DNA of 64,000 nt from Mytilus californianus (taxonomy: Eukaryota): assembly GCF_021869535.1 (NCBI RefSeq), contig NW_026262745.1:93930001-93994000 (forward strand), given 5' to 3'. The position numbers and the translations under genes are program-made. Below the pieces are notes generated by a model, which worked only from the letters and a program-made list of their open reading frames with translations, searched no databases and was not told the origin of the DNA. Shown one piece after another: positions 26,060 through 40,468 of the stretch; the stretch's first letter is position 1; each line of letters opens with the position of its first letter.

Positions 26060-26590
26060 ACCATCTCGGTGGTCACGTGTTAGCGTGTTTTCCTCGACTA
26101 GTGCGTGAGGTTGTAGGTTCAAACCAGAGGCGGATTTAGGGGGGGGGGGGGGGCAGGGGGCCCACTTTTGCGGGAAAAATTTGGTTGATTACATAGGGAA
26201 TCACTGAAGCGTGACTGGAGCGGGCCCCCTCTTAGGCAGTCAGTGGGCCTCCTCTTATAAAAATTTCTGGATCCGCCACTGCGAACCCTGGCAGGGTCAA
26301 TCCAAAGACATGATAATCGGTATTTGCTGCGTCTCCGCTAAGCACGCCACATGTAGTGTAAGAGCAAAGACTGGTCGGCTCGGAGTTTTATAATGTGTCC
26401 GCGTAGGATGACATGTTTTCTTGTGGACTGTTTTAACTTGTGAACCAGCAGGTTAAAAATCCGACTCAGCGTAGGCGTCGGTCTAGTACAAAGCAGGGTT
26501 TACTCTCATATCACATTATCATGTTCTCGTCCTGAAAATGCACTTAATTTTCCACTGGACGTTAAACAGTCATATGCATCCATTCATTCT
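26060..26590 (+). mobile_element. tRNA-derived CORE-type SINE interrupted by a MITE; another degenerate copy at about 31750-31950
   Basis: A-box-like and split B-box (GGTTC...GAACC) head, CORE-like GGTATTTGCTGCGTCTCCGCTAAGCACGC...AAGAGCAAAGACTGG body and TTCCACTGGACGTTAAACA tail. Confidence 0.7.
26125..26281. mobile_element. CAG...CTG MITE inserted in the SINE B box; degenerate inverse copy at about 11373-11495
   Basis: Ends CAGAGGCGGATTT and GGATCCGCCACTG. 5-bp target duplication CAAAC/CGAAC with one mismatch. Confidence 0.75.
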
Positions 26591-29347
26591 CAGTCAGACC
26601 CTACAGGTCGTGCCTCTTCAAATGTGATATGTCTAAAAACAAGAGCAATTTTTTGTTGATCCCCGACACAATTTCATGTTACTATTATAGTATATTTGTA
26701 CAACTATTGTTACCTAGCATACGAAAGATAACGGACTTCGATAAGTCGGAGATATTAATAATAAAACCACACATTTCTCTTAACAGGTAGGCCACTTGAA
26801 TTTTATGTTTGAACAAATAAGACTTATTCATTTAGGTAGCTTTAGATTTATTGAATATAGAAAACCCACTTCTATTCGTTAATTCGTACTATTGAGTTGA
26901 TCAGAACCATTTTAAACCAGACATACGATCGATAGTAGTATTTTGAGGTGAACGCGCTCTTGGCATGATAAATTTGTAAATATTCATGAATTGTTATGAA
27001 ACTTGGACAAAAGCTAATCTTCAAGATTAAGAAATCGTTTGGATAATTACATTTGTTTTCTGTGTTTATCTGATAATTGGACTTTCTTTTTACAGTCAAC
27101 TTTACACTTTTACACTGACAACAATTATCGCAGACAAGACACAGGGCTCCACGGAACCGTTTTCGAATTGTTTTGTATGCATTGCAAATACATGAGTGTA
27201 CATGTATGAACTATACCTGTTTGAATGGTTTTACACTAGTCATTTTTGAGCCCTTTATAGCTTGCTGTTCGGTGTGAGCGAAGGCTCCGTGTTGAAGGCC
27301 GTACTTTGAACTATAATGGTTTACTTCTACAAATTGTGACATGGATGGACAGTTATCTCATTGGCACTCATACCACATCTTCTTATATCTATGAACTGAT
27401 ATATGAACAAAACGATTGGAAAGGTCGCTAGGTCTGACCAAAAACCCCCAAAAAATAACACTCCCACTATTCATGCAGGAAAAAGTGTTGTTTGGCGTAC
27501 AATTTACACTCTAAGGGTTCTTTAAATTTTGATATTTGAAATGGTGGAATATTAAAACATTGTTATTCCATATACGATAGCAAACGGAAAATCTTTCAAT
27601 CAGCTGACTCGATGCGCGACTACAGGAGAATTTATTTTTCATACATTTAACCAGGACTATTTTGCGCGGTTTTAGCAGTATTTGGATAAGTTCTCTTGTA
27701 GAATTGTCGGAAAATGATAGACTTAATGAAAATTTTGTTATTGAGTTTTATGGGAATAAAACATAAAAATCATCACACGAATTACCGAAAGATATGATTC
27801 ATATATTGTACAGTACGACAAACCACGACAGACCACGACAACCAACAACACCCGACTCATCCGAAAAAAAACAACCCCAAACAATCAAACAAACAACAAC
27901 AAGCTACACATGGTCCAGATAACCAGACAAGGTATAGGCACACAATGTGGTGGGGTTAAACTAGTTTTACGTGCACATACCCCTCACCATCTGCCTATTT
28001 AGGCCAGTAAAACTCCTTATTGAAAAAGATTTGTCAAGTGGACCTACCAACAGGATTCATTTTTCTGTCGTTAAACATGGTTTACATTACCTGAGCTGTA
28101 TTTGGCAAAACCTTTTGAAATTGGCCCTCAATGCTCTTCAACTTCGTACTTTAGTTGGCCTTTAACTTTTTTGATTCGAGCGTCAATGATGATTCTTTGT
28201 AAACGAAATGGGCGCCTGGTATTCAAAATTATAAGCCTGGTATCTTTATAAAACAAAGACGATGTAGCAAGATTTTCTGAGTTGATTCCAATTTTATTCA
28301 AATAACGCGGAAGGTCTGCAGTGTGGTTTCAAAGTTTATATTTGTTCCCCCTTTTCTAAATGCAAAATTCTTTTATTCTTAGAAAATGGAACAAAACAGA
28401 ACCAAACTAAATTCAAGGTAAGAACATGTAACAATAAAAAGATGTGGTATAATTGCCAATGAGGGAGGCAAATCTCAACCAGAGACCAAATGACGTAGAA
28501 GTATAAGCAATTATAGGTCGCCGTGTGGCCGTCAACAATGAGCAAAACCCATACCGAACAGCAAGCTATAAAAGGCCACGAACAAGCATACATCACATCT
28601 TGTCCTTTTGGATTATTTGTGGTTACTTGCCTCTATCATTAACAATCCTTAACGCATGTGATCTTTTTGATTTTATGTTTTTAAATTGACATTTCACGTT
28701 TGAAGTGATGTAAGATCATTTAAATAAAATATGTAAAATTAACTCGTCGAAAGAAACACTTTCACAGAAACTGTTAGTACTGTGTTTTAATTATTCGCCC
28801 TATGCTTATCTGTACTAAGATCCATCCCCTGCATGGGTGGGTAGTGATTTTTTAGAGGGTGCAAAAAGCTTCTTATGTTTGAGTGTCTGTTCGTCTGTGA
28901 CCATTTAACTGGACATTATTAATGATACTTTGAGTGTACTAGGTTTTAAAGTTTTGAGTAGTAACTAAAGTTGAACAAATTCGGCACTAAGCTAGTTAGG
29001 AAAATTTTCTTGTCAAAGATGAGGGTTTTGCGAATTTTATCTTGTTGTATTATAATATTTTAAAATAATATAATCTAATATCATCACTCTTTATATGAAA
29101 TCATGAAATATAAATATAAGATTAATAAAAAATATATTTGAAATGAAATGATTCGCCAATTATTTCTTTAAATTTTAAATTTTCGTGATCTGTTAAAAGG
29201 GTGAATTTTGAGAATTAAATCTTATTTTTTGTTTGACTATAGATGTCATGATTTTAAATATTTGTCGTTTTTATAATTGTTACTCATTTGAACTTGGATT
29301 AACACTTTACTTCGTCAATGCATTCTTACATTTTATTTTCGTTTCAG

Positions 29348-31292
29348 GTCCATCAATTATTGGTTGAAAATTCTTTTACTTCTATTTTTCACAGCCTCTA
29401 TATTTATACTTGGACAGAGCGTGAACTTTCCTTCGAACAACTTTGTCCTATCATTTACATCAAGATCAGAAGATGCCTTTTTAGTGTATACCTCCGCCTG
29501 CAAGATTCCAAGAGTAGATCCCTTTGATCCATCAGTCAAAAAACTATTAAAACCGGGAACAGTGTTGAGATGTAACCCGGATGTTGACATTGTTTACCAA
29601 AAAGACAACAAACTTATCATAAACCGGACGGCCGTAAATGAATCACGCAGATATAAAGATTTATCATACTGTAAATATGAGACAATATGGCGTCCATTTA
29701 AAAAACCAACGTCTCATGACTTTTTCCGGTACATAAATGAAAGCGAGGCTTTCACATCCGATATCAAACTAAGAAGTGAGGATGAATTTGTTAGATTGAA
29801 TTGTTATGAAAAAGACGACACTAGTATCTATACCAACTTTTTTGCGTTTGTTCAGAGAAAAGATCAAGTTGAAAAGAGATGCAATAATGTGTATCAAAAA
29901 CATTCGAAAAATCGGAATGAACGTTTAAGCGTCATGATGCTTGGAGTAGAATCTGTTTCACAAATAAATATGATTCGTTATATGACTGAAACACGTAAAT
30001 ACCTTCTACAAAATTTGTCTGCAATTGAACTTTTAGGATACAACAAGCTAGCTGATAACACTTTTCCAAATATCGTCCCAATGACAACGGGTAAATATCT
30101 AGAAGAATTACCATGGAACGAAACTGTTAAAGATGTGCCACTGGATAAACATGATTTTATGTGGAATAAATATTCTGGTGAAGGTTACCGGACGTTTTAT
30201 GCAGAAGATGCACCAAAGATCGCCATTTTTGATTACCACAAAGCTGGATTTGAACGTCCTTCTGCTGACTACTATAATAGACATTTAAGTGTCGCCATGG
30301 AAAAGGAGTATGAACCGTGGAACACAGATAATAATTGTATCCATGCACGTCCGGAAACTGCTTTTATTTTGGATTATTTAAAACAGTTTATGACCGTATT
30401 CAAATCCGATCCGTATTTTGCATTTACTTTTATTTCAAGACTAACGCATGATCGGATGGAACGCCCTGCAATGGCCGATCGTTTGTATAGAGATTTCTTT
30501 GAAAAGTTAAACAAAGGCAATACTTTAAATAATACAGTGGTATTCTTCTTCAGTGATCATGGAATAAGATTCGGAAAGGTTCGGGAAACTTTTATTGGAA
30601 AATTAGAGGAGCGCCTACCGTTTGCGTTTTTGATGTTCCCAAAATGGTTTTATGAAAAATATCCAAAAGTAAAACGAAATTTAGAAACTAATTCACGAAG
30701 ATTAACAACTCCGTTTGATATTTATGCTACTTTAATGAACATTCTTCATTTCAAAAGCAACAGAAAAGAGAAAATACATAAAAGTAGATCAACAAGCTTA
30801 CTGGATGAAATTCCGGAATCTCGAACGTGTAATGATGTTGACATGCTACCTCATTGGTGCTCATGCGCAGATCACGAAAAATTGTCACCTAAAGCAGAGC
30901 GTGCAGTACAATCAGCAAGACAAATGATACAAGAGCTAAATCAACAACTGAATAAAACGTCTGTGTGTGAAACGTTATATTTAAATGAAATAAAATTGGC
31001 TACAAAACTGATATTGCCGAATAAGGTTCTGACATTTAAAAGCAGTGATTGGGACGTTATCAATCGAACCGTAGTGTTCGGTAATCGGATAGATTCTTAT
31101 GTTGACTATCAACTTATGTTAGAAACTAAACCTGGTGGTGCTCTTTTTGAAGGAACCGTGCGCTACAATGAAAAATACAAAACTTACAAATTAATGGGCG
31201 AGGTCAGTCGGATTAATATGTATGGCTCACAATCACATTGTGTTAATGACTCTCATTTAAAAAAGATTTGCTTTTGTAAACAGCAGACTTAA
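29348..31292 (+). CDS. DUF229-family protein (alkaline phosphatase/sulfatase-like fold, N-terminal hydrophobic anchor); large terminal coding exon, start codon expected in an unidentified upstream exon
   Basis: 642-aa open frame with family-type motifs GYNKLADNTFPN, YRTFYAED, FFSDHGIRFG, LEERLPF, RRLTTPFDIYATL and PHWCSC. Hydrophobic N-terminus LKILLLLFFTASIFIL. Polypyrimidine acceptor TTTCGTTTCAG ends at 29347, and there is no in-frame ATG before the hydrophobic segment. Confidence 0.85.
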
Positions 31293-34200
31293 CTATAGCA
31301 TATCTTACTTTAAGACACAAGTCCTTACTTGAGCTTAGCAATTCCTTGAAAGTTTTTCGTCAATGTGATTAACACGAACTTTCGAGCAAATCAACTGTAC
31401 CGAGTACACATGGTTACTTATAATGTGATCGTTTAAAATCATTTTCCAAGACAATGTTAATTTTGACCCAGATTTCATGGTTCACTTAATATGGTAATAT
31501 GATTGTGCGAGCAGGACATGATGTCCTACAGACTGATATTTTGTTTTTTAATGATTTACATTCCTTGTTGATAGAAATTCAAGAATTTTAGTTTTGCTGA
31601 AACTTTATCAATATATTATTGATCCCGTTTCATCAGAACTCTAGCTATCTTGACAAGAAATCAATAAATTGACTTATACAAATGTTGTATTGGAGGGAAG
31701 ATACATGAAAGTTGCAGTTTTGATGCATGTACAATGGTTTTACTTCTAAGTGGTTTCTTTACAACGTGCTCGACTTGAGTGCGGGATGTAAAAGGTCCAA
31801 CAGCAGATTGGGACAAGAGACTTTAAAATTGCTATGCTATGATTCCTCATGTACACACTGTACGCTACATTTAAGAGTAATAGCAAAGACTGGCATCCTT
31901 GTGATAAACGTAATGTGTCCCGGTCTATAGGGTTGTCAGACCGCACACTGTAAGTGTTTACTTGAAGTGTCGGTATGTTAATAATCTTATCACAGTACCA
32001 AATGTACGTGTAATATCTGTCGATTGACGTTGTAAATATCACTCCATCATTCGATCTATATTTTTAGTAGAACTAAGATAGGTAGAAGAATATATGACAG
32101 TTTAAACACTCTACACGATGGTCTGGATGGGGATACCTTCATTTCTTTGATTTTTAATTTTAAGCCATATTTCTCTATTCGTTTCTGTCCATCATTCTCT
32201 TTTGTCCCATTCTTCTCTATTTTTGTTTTTATTTATTTATATTTTGCACCTTTTGCCCATTATCATTATTTCTGTTAACCCCATCCAGAGCCTTCTACTC
32301 ATTTAACTTTATGCCTGATATAAAGACTAGACAAAGAAAGACCAAAAACTGCTGTTTTCTGCGGGTGCAGATAAAATCTTGTTTTAGAAATCATGATTTT
32401 TTACAAAGCTCAGGTATCGACAATCGTAATTCTATATAATGAATTTGGTGGGCACATATTCCAGCAAACTATCGGAATTCCCTTGGGCACTTATTGTGCC
32501 ACCCAACAAATAGAATTTGTTTTCACTCGTAAGTTACAGAATTAATATAAATCTGATAAAACAATAAAAGTTAAAACAAACAAGCAAAAAACAAAACAAA
32601 AAAAAACCCCCCAAAAAACCCAACAAATCATCCAGTTCCCGTGCGCATGGTACGGGATTGCTAATACCCTTCGTCATTTCCGATCTTGACCAAAAGTAAA
32701 CATCTTCAACAGTACGATAATCATATTATGTGTCTGGTGAGAAGATTGGTCGGTCTAATAACAATCTAATTTAAATATATATCTCTGATTTCTTTATCCT
32801 TATAATCATATCCTCGACTCAAGTTACGATAGATCTAAGTTCCAATTAGTTTGGTATAGTAGTTTCAAGATAAAGTACTTTTAATCTTACATATCTACAA
32901 TTTCTGATTAAAAACACTACGGAAAAGTTTGACGATGATGGTTGGTGTGGCCTATCCTCTAGTATCTTGCATTAGCTTTCAAAATTTTGGATATTCCTGC
33001 TTTCTTCTTTATGTATTACGGAGAATGGAAAATCATCTGTCTATTTAAGCTTAATTTGTGTTCAACAATAAAACAACAATTATTAGGACACAAATAAAGG
33101 AAACACATTAAAATGCCAACATACAGTATTCCATAAATGATAGAGGAAAGAGAAAGGCAAAGTATACCGAAAGGATGTTCAAACTCATAAGTCGAAAACA
33201 AACTGACATACCATGGTAAAAAACTAAAAACGACGAAAAGACAAACAACAGTACAAAAAACACAACACAGAAAACTAAAGACTGAGCAACACGAACCCCT
33301 CAAAAAACCGGGGTGATCTCATGTGCTCCGGAAGGTTATGCAGATCCTGCTCGAAATGTGGCACCCGTCAAGGCGAGATTGACATATGAAAGCCCCTGTG
33401 ATATTGAGAAAAAAAGAGCAATAAAAGCGCTGTTCCTTTGTCTTAATTTTTCCAAGTTTGTGAGAAATTTTACATCCTTAATCAAAGCACCATATCCTAA
33501 CTCTTCTTTTTTTTAAAGATTTGAAATATTGTTTGAGACACTAACTGTAGGCTCTACTCCAGATGGGTTCCTTAATTAACGCCTATTTAAGCGGGAGACG
33601 GGTTGTGACTGTTTTCTGCTCTTTGTTCGGGGGGTTGTCTCTTTGACACATTCCTCGTTTCCATTCCCAAATCTCTTATTTAGGGTTCATCGCTTTTCGG
33701 CGTTTGATACATTAGGATTCTTCACATTTGATTAAATACACCACTGACTAGGATTGTTCTTAATTAGCATAAATATCTTGTAAATTTGCATAAGCTGTAT
33801 CTGAAATCCTCCACTGAAGCTGGGTTAGAGTACAGGTCACGTGTACATGTACTTGTTTACATCACAAGCTGCATGACTGGTCGTCCTTGGTATGCATGTA
33901 ATACTTGCCAATGAACATAATTTGCAATCAATCAATCCGACTAAATCGGTTCTGTCTATCTTGTCAACCATTATAATATACTGGTTGTTTTATCCTTCTT
34001 TATGTATACCGGGTAAAGTCAGGGAGGCACTGTTCAGTATTTCTCTGAAATGTGTCTTAGTTAAAGAACTGAAAATTAGACTTTATACATTTCGTGCGTC
34101 CGAAGCGCTTTTTTTATTTTTTATCTTTATCAGTAACTCCCACATTTGAGAGCCAATGATGTATAAAAAAAGGAACGAAATCGGCCCAGTTTAAACGAGT

Positions 34201-34709
34201 GTTGATTTTTATGTCTTGATTTGCTTTCTCATAGACGTATATTCCATGTTTCTTTTTATTCGTCTGAGTTAATTTTGTGATACCATGTTTGTGTGAACAT
34301 ACAAGAGAATTAGTCCAATTTCTGTGAATGTTTGTTTGTGTCATGAAAGCAAATATTTTCTAAGCTTTCGTCGACCCGCATTCGACAGTAAGGTACAAAC
34401 TTTTGTGCCATGTTGAAAACCTCATTGTGACTTCGAGATGAAGAATAACAATAAATGGCTTTGCTTTTGTTTTGGGTTTCGTCAAGTGCGTGTGAGATTT
34501 TGGTATACTACATTCCTTCTTTTCCTCCCTGTTAACGCGATAATAATTTCGTCTTACACAGAAGTGGACTTAAAATACGTAAAACATTTTATTGATTGCC
34601 ATAGTAAAATTTCTTTATATGTAATATAAAACAGAGTGAAATGACATTAATTGATCACATGTTCTGCAATTCAGACAATAAACAAATTATTGTTCACAAC
34701 ACGGAATGT

Positions 34710-37700
34710 TTAAAGAAGATCGAATTGGACTTCTGATATTCTTCCTGTGCGCAGATCCCTTGCCCTGCATAGAATTTCCGTGTCACCGAATATAAGCGTT
34801 TCTTCTATCTCTAGAGTCTGCCCTGCAGTATGGGGCGGTAATTGGATGGTAAGGATGCCTAGCCGTTGACAACTCGGATCCGTGATATATCGCGGATTTT
34901 CGTCTGAAGATGTGTAAACGGTACATTCTAGCGTAGTTTCATCCGGTTTGAGAGCCTGGAATATTTGTGATACTTCATGGCCGGGTGTTATTTGATCTCC
35001 TTTCGTCATATACTTGAAGAAAACATCTTTGCACCTCACTTGGCCATTTATAGTGACTTTTTTTGTTTCCGGGTGCATATCCGGGTCCCAATCCGGCCAA
35101 CTTTGAATACCATATGTAACTCTTGATATACGTTGGCTTACAACTCTAGGCTGGTGTCCGAATAAGACGGCTCCTTTCAGAACGGCAAGGCCTGCTTCTT
35201 CCGGAATAATCAATTTTCTTGGAGCACCAATCTTTGATCTTACAGCGTCTTGTAGTAGCTCACATTCGGAAAATCCTCCGACCATCAAGATAGTTTTTAG
35301 GTCCTCCAGTTTGTCATTATTAAGTAATTTTCCAACTAGTTTAATTATCTCATCGATCGTGTTTTTGAAAAGGCCACGGAAAGCATCAGGTGTTATATGA
35401 AGTTTTTGCTTTGCATAATTCACTTTTTCCTTGTGGCGGGATTTTTCAACTGCCATTTCAAACTTTGTATGCTGCTTTTTGACCAAATCCGTTAAAGACA
35501 CTGGTAGTGTTATTACAATCTTGCTTGTGGCACTATTCCGAATGGAACGTTTCTTAGTTTCAAATTCGCGAAACAAATCAATATAATCTTCTAGTTCAGT
35601 CGATTTTAAATCTTGCATTACTTTTGTGCCACATATTTCACACAGAAATTTGTGAAATGCCTCATCGATGGATTTACCTCCCCATGGACCGCCACTAGGG
35701 GACACCACTTCTTGTATTGTACCATCCGGTTTTCTCTGGTGAACAGTAATGTCTGCAGTACCGCCTTATAATGTAAAAAAATATTTCTGTCAATATTCTG
35801 AAAATATCAATATAAATTGGTCTTTCCCAAAATTGCCAATATAAATTATCATGAATGTGCACTCAAAACTAACAAAATAAGTCGCCTACTAAGGAAATTT
35901 TTTGCCTTGGTTAACTTTTTCTTAACACATGAATTTTATAAGGAATTGATGTAAATCTGTATAAAAAGTATTCTACAATAAAGTAACACAACATGGAAAC
36001 CAGTGCACCCAAAAACAAAACTAAAACAAAAACAAACAAAACAAACAAATAAATAAATAAAAAAGCTGCCGATTCTAGACATCTTGAATTTATAAAAAAA
36101 TACCTCCAAGATCAATGACCATGTATTTCATCCCAGATTTAACAGTTTCATCAAATTCATTTCCAGATCGATCTGTCTTTAATTTCTGACAAAATATGGA
36201 AGCTGCTTCGGGTTCAAGAGCTATTGCAAGCTTTTCTTTCTTGATGCCTGCCTAAAAAATAATAATTCGTTGCATATAGGTTCTTTTGAATATATCAGCA
36301 ATCCGACAATACCATACACATTAAATATGCAAATTGACCAACAGATGCATCATCTATATTTTGATAAATAGATCAAGAAAGACATGTTGTTTGGTCTTAA
36401 AACTTTTAATATATCATAAGGAGATGTAGTATAATTGACAATGAGACAACTATCCACAAGACACCGAAAGACGAAGATGTTTTTAACTATAGGTCAGGTT
36501 CGGATCCAGAATTTTTGAAAGGATGGGCGTAGAATATAATGTTTCAGCGAGCGGAGTTAGGCCAAAATATTTTTGACCTTTTTTTGGCTAAAAAACATAA
36601 AATAAGTGTAAAATGCACTAATTTAACGGTTCCTGACGTGGGGCATGTATATTTTATAGTTAAAGTGTAAGGGTTGGACATTTTTGATGACTTATTTTCC
36701 CGATTAATAGTCAATTATAAGATGATTGGATGGATCCAAAGCTATATACCAATATATTTGATGTGGGATTTGTCAGTAAAAAATGGACATGGAAAAATTC
36801 TCCCTAGCCAAGTCAGTCACTGAAATAGAGGTCACAACTAGCATCTGAAGAATGCATTGCAAATTTATGATTCGCACCCCAGATGCATCTGATCATACAT
36901 ACTAATATAATTGATGTTTTACTTTATTCACTTATCAATAAAACATGTATCCACAAAAACATTTATAAAGAGTTTCTAGTGATGACTTCTGTACAAATCT
37001 GTCGTCTAAGCCATAGGGTTCACCAGAAGCATCTTCCTGGAATTTTGTCGAGAAAAATCGTCAATGATTTTTTCATAGTCAACAGTCAAGTTCAATGTTT
37101 TTATGGACATACAAAAGTAACAGGGCATTTAAGCGTTCTTCTCCCATTGTACTGCGCGAGAAGGTTTTGATATCTTTTAACGACGAGTTTGCCCTTTCTG
37201 TGGAACTGGATGTTACGCTGGTCAATGAAAGTAAGCTTAGAACTTTAACGATGTTTGGAAAAATCGTGCTACATACTCTTGGGTCTGTTACGGTAGACGT
37301 TATTGTAGACGGTTTGTCGGTCTGGTCTCGCCATAACTCGTTCCTGATGCAAAACTCCTGTCTAAAAGAGTCAGGATATGGCATGCCAACTTCGTAGTAA
37401 CCGACAATGTCTTCGATAGTATCATTTGATTTTTGGCGAATGTTGCTTGGAATCAAAGCCAATGCCCTTACAACTGAAACAGCATGTTCACTAACCGAAT
37501 ATTGAACTGCTGAATCATGGAGTTTAAGAACGGTAGAAAAACTGTACGTCGAAAATATACTTTTTCATTGTCGGCAGGGACATTACTTCGCTGGGTCTGG
37601 CGCCCACATCGTCTTGGTGCCTTGATACCATAAAAGGGGCGAATAATATCTTTATAAGTAACGAATTGTCGCATAAAGATTAAATATACGGGAAATGGCA

Positions 37701-40437
37701 AAGTTAACGAAATATAGTCTGATTAATCATTATACAGTCTTAATTAAAACCAAAAACAAACAAAAAACAAAAGTGCAAGAAAAGGGGGGGGGGGGGGGGG
37801 GGGGCGTTCGACTGCAATCCTAATTGACGAGGATTACCAGTTTGTCTATCGAAGGTCAGTGGTTCTCTTCGGGCACGCCTGGCTTCCTCCACCAATAAAA
37901 TCTTGCCGCCACAATAAAGCTTACTGAAGTGGTGTTAAACCCCAACAATCTATCAATCAATATAGATTAATATTATGCAAACACAAAACAAAATAAAACA
38001 AGTACTCTTGAGAATCGTTTTGCTTAGACCAAAGCACAAACAGCTTTTTATTTTCATATCATGTGACAGTTAGTGCAAGTTTTTTTGGTACTTTTTCCTT
38101 ACTATATTTTAAAGCAGAAAGTTGAATGCCTCCAACTCTACATAATTTATCGCAAGACTTATGAAATTGTACCTGGTACCCATGGCACAGTAAGACTGTG
38201 ATTGAGGGGTTAAGGAGTTAAAGAGCATCTTAGAAATCTTACTGCTTCAGCTGCCTCTCTCATAAACTGTTTTGATGGATCGTCCCAAATGGCTGGAACT
38301 GTTATAACAAAGTATAAATCGTCATCTTGTAAGGCATTTCTCAGACGTTCCTGTATTTTCTTCAATAGGTGGTTCTTTAAGTATTCTATGGCAAGGCTAA
38401 ATACTTTAAGTGCCTGCATTGGTTTGTCTGCCACATCATTGATCTCTGTTGTTCTGGTAACTCTCTGAAAAAATATCAAAATGATTCCAATTTTTGAAAT
38501 ACAAAAATAAAGTCTTTCGAACGACGTTCTTTTCTTTGAGGTAGATCATGTATCCGACAGTTATTTAGTTTATAAGGATACACGAAGCTAGAATTGTTCA
38601 GAAAACTACTTTTTCTAAAGTCTAGCGGTCAGTATAACAAGTTGAATTTGGTTGATTTATGAAGGCATTTACGCACTTAGACCTCCAACTTGGTGACAAA
38701 AGGGAAGTAACTCTTGCTCAAATTGTGTCAAGCGAAACCTACCTGTATTTCATTTCTTTAAAAAAGGAAGAATCATTTGAATCATTAGAATTGAGTCCCT
38801 TCTCGGAAATTTCCTGTAGATTACAGATCTTTGATAGTCTATATTAAATTTCGTTCTGCTTTTCTAAACTTGCCATAATTTAGAGCCTAATATATTGTAT
38901 AGACATTTTTCTGTTATTGACCTCTAGATGTGTTTGTTTTCGTGTCGTTGGGTTGCTTATTCGTTGACGTGAATCCCATGTCTCCTTTTATTAATTTCAT
39001 TACAACTCAAGGTCAATGTTCATAATGCACGATTTTTATAATCTTCATTTAGGATTGATTTTCAAGGTCAAGAGCCAAACTGATGTCAAACGTTTAGTTC
39101 AAAGCATAAGAATGCAAATAGATAATCGACAATCGACTCAAATAAAAATGGCCCCTTATATCAGATGTCAACCAGAGATTCAAGGTCAAAAAAGAGAGGT
39201 GAAAGGTACCAAAGGGATATTCAAACTCAAAAGTCTAAATTAAACTGACAACGCCCGAGCTAAAAAAGAAATAAGACCAACAGACAAACAACAGTACACA
39301 AAACACAACATAGAAAACTAAAGACGAAACAACACGAACCACTCCGGAAGGGTAAGCAGATCCTGCTCCACATGTTGCACCCGTCGTGTTGATCATGTTA
39401 CATTTGTTGTAGTACAAAGATACAGACTATTCGTTTAACGGTGCTAATTAAACATCAGTTAATTTGTTTTTCCTTTAAATTTTCATAATAGGTACTTTTT
39501 TGTTAAGTTGGTGATTGGTTGAAGTTTTTTTTAGCCACCAAATACTGTCACAAAAGTGCGTATGAAAGGAAATCGATGCTACTGTAACACAAAAAAAAAC
39601 CTAAATTTATGACGGTAATTGGAAAATACAGATGTGACAATTAGTTGTTAAAAGTTAAAATAAGAAGATGTGGTATGATTGCTAATGAGACCACAACTCT
39701 CCACAAGAGACCAAATGACATAGAAATTAACAACTATAGGTCACCGTACGGCCTTCAACAATGAGCAAAACCCATACCTCACTGTCAGCTATAATAGGCA
39801 CCGAAATGACAAATGTAAAACAATTCAAAATAGAAAAATAACGGCCTGATTTATGAACAAAATAATGAACGAAAAACAAATATGATATATAGCAACAAAC
39901 GACAACCACTGAAGTACAGACGCATACAGAATGTGGTGGGGTTAAACTAGTTTGAAAGCGCCAACCCTCCCCCTAACCTGGGACAGTGGTGTAACAGTAC
40001 AACATACAAACAAATTATAAAAATCAGTTGAAAAGAGCTTCACTCATCAGATCGATACAAAGCAGAAATACATCTAACAAAAACTCAGACCGGAAGTGGC
40101 AGACGGTACTTATACATCTCCACAACAAAACAAAAAAAAAAACCACAAAGTACAGATCTGAGAGTACTCGCAGTTACTGACAGCTACTTTTGTACTTATT
40201 TCAATGTAAAAGCTTAAACTTTGCATACAAAAAAGATTTCCAAAATTAATTTTACATATTTATCAGGACAGCACTTCGCTTACATATAAGACTCGTCGTT
40301 GGCGCTCGAGAAAAAAAAAGAGATAAAAGACCAAATAATCACAACGAAGTTGAAGAGGAATTTTTAATCAAATTTTTTCAAAGGTTATAGGAAACCTGGA
40401 GCGGCTTTGGTTGTCGATGTCTTAGGTATAAAAAACT

Positions 40438-40468
<31 letters not shown>

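Noticed and set aside
37784-37804. Long G/C homopolymers (also 7462, 7737, 26139, 54785) as G-quadruplex elements
   Set aside because: Most are parts of MITE termini, and homopolymer length is unreliable in assemblies.
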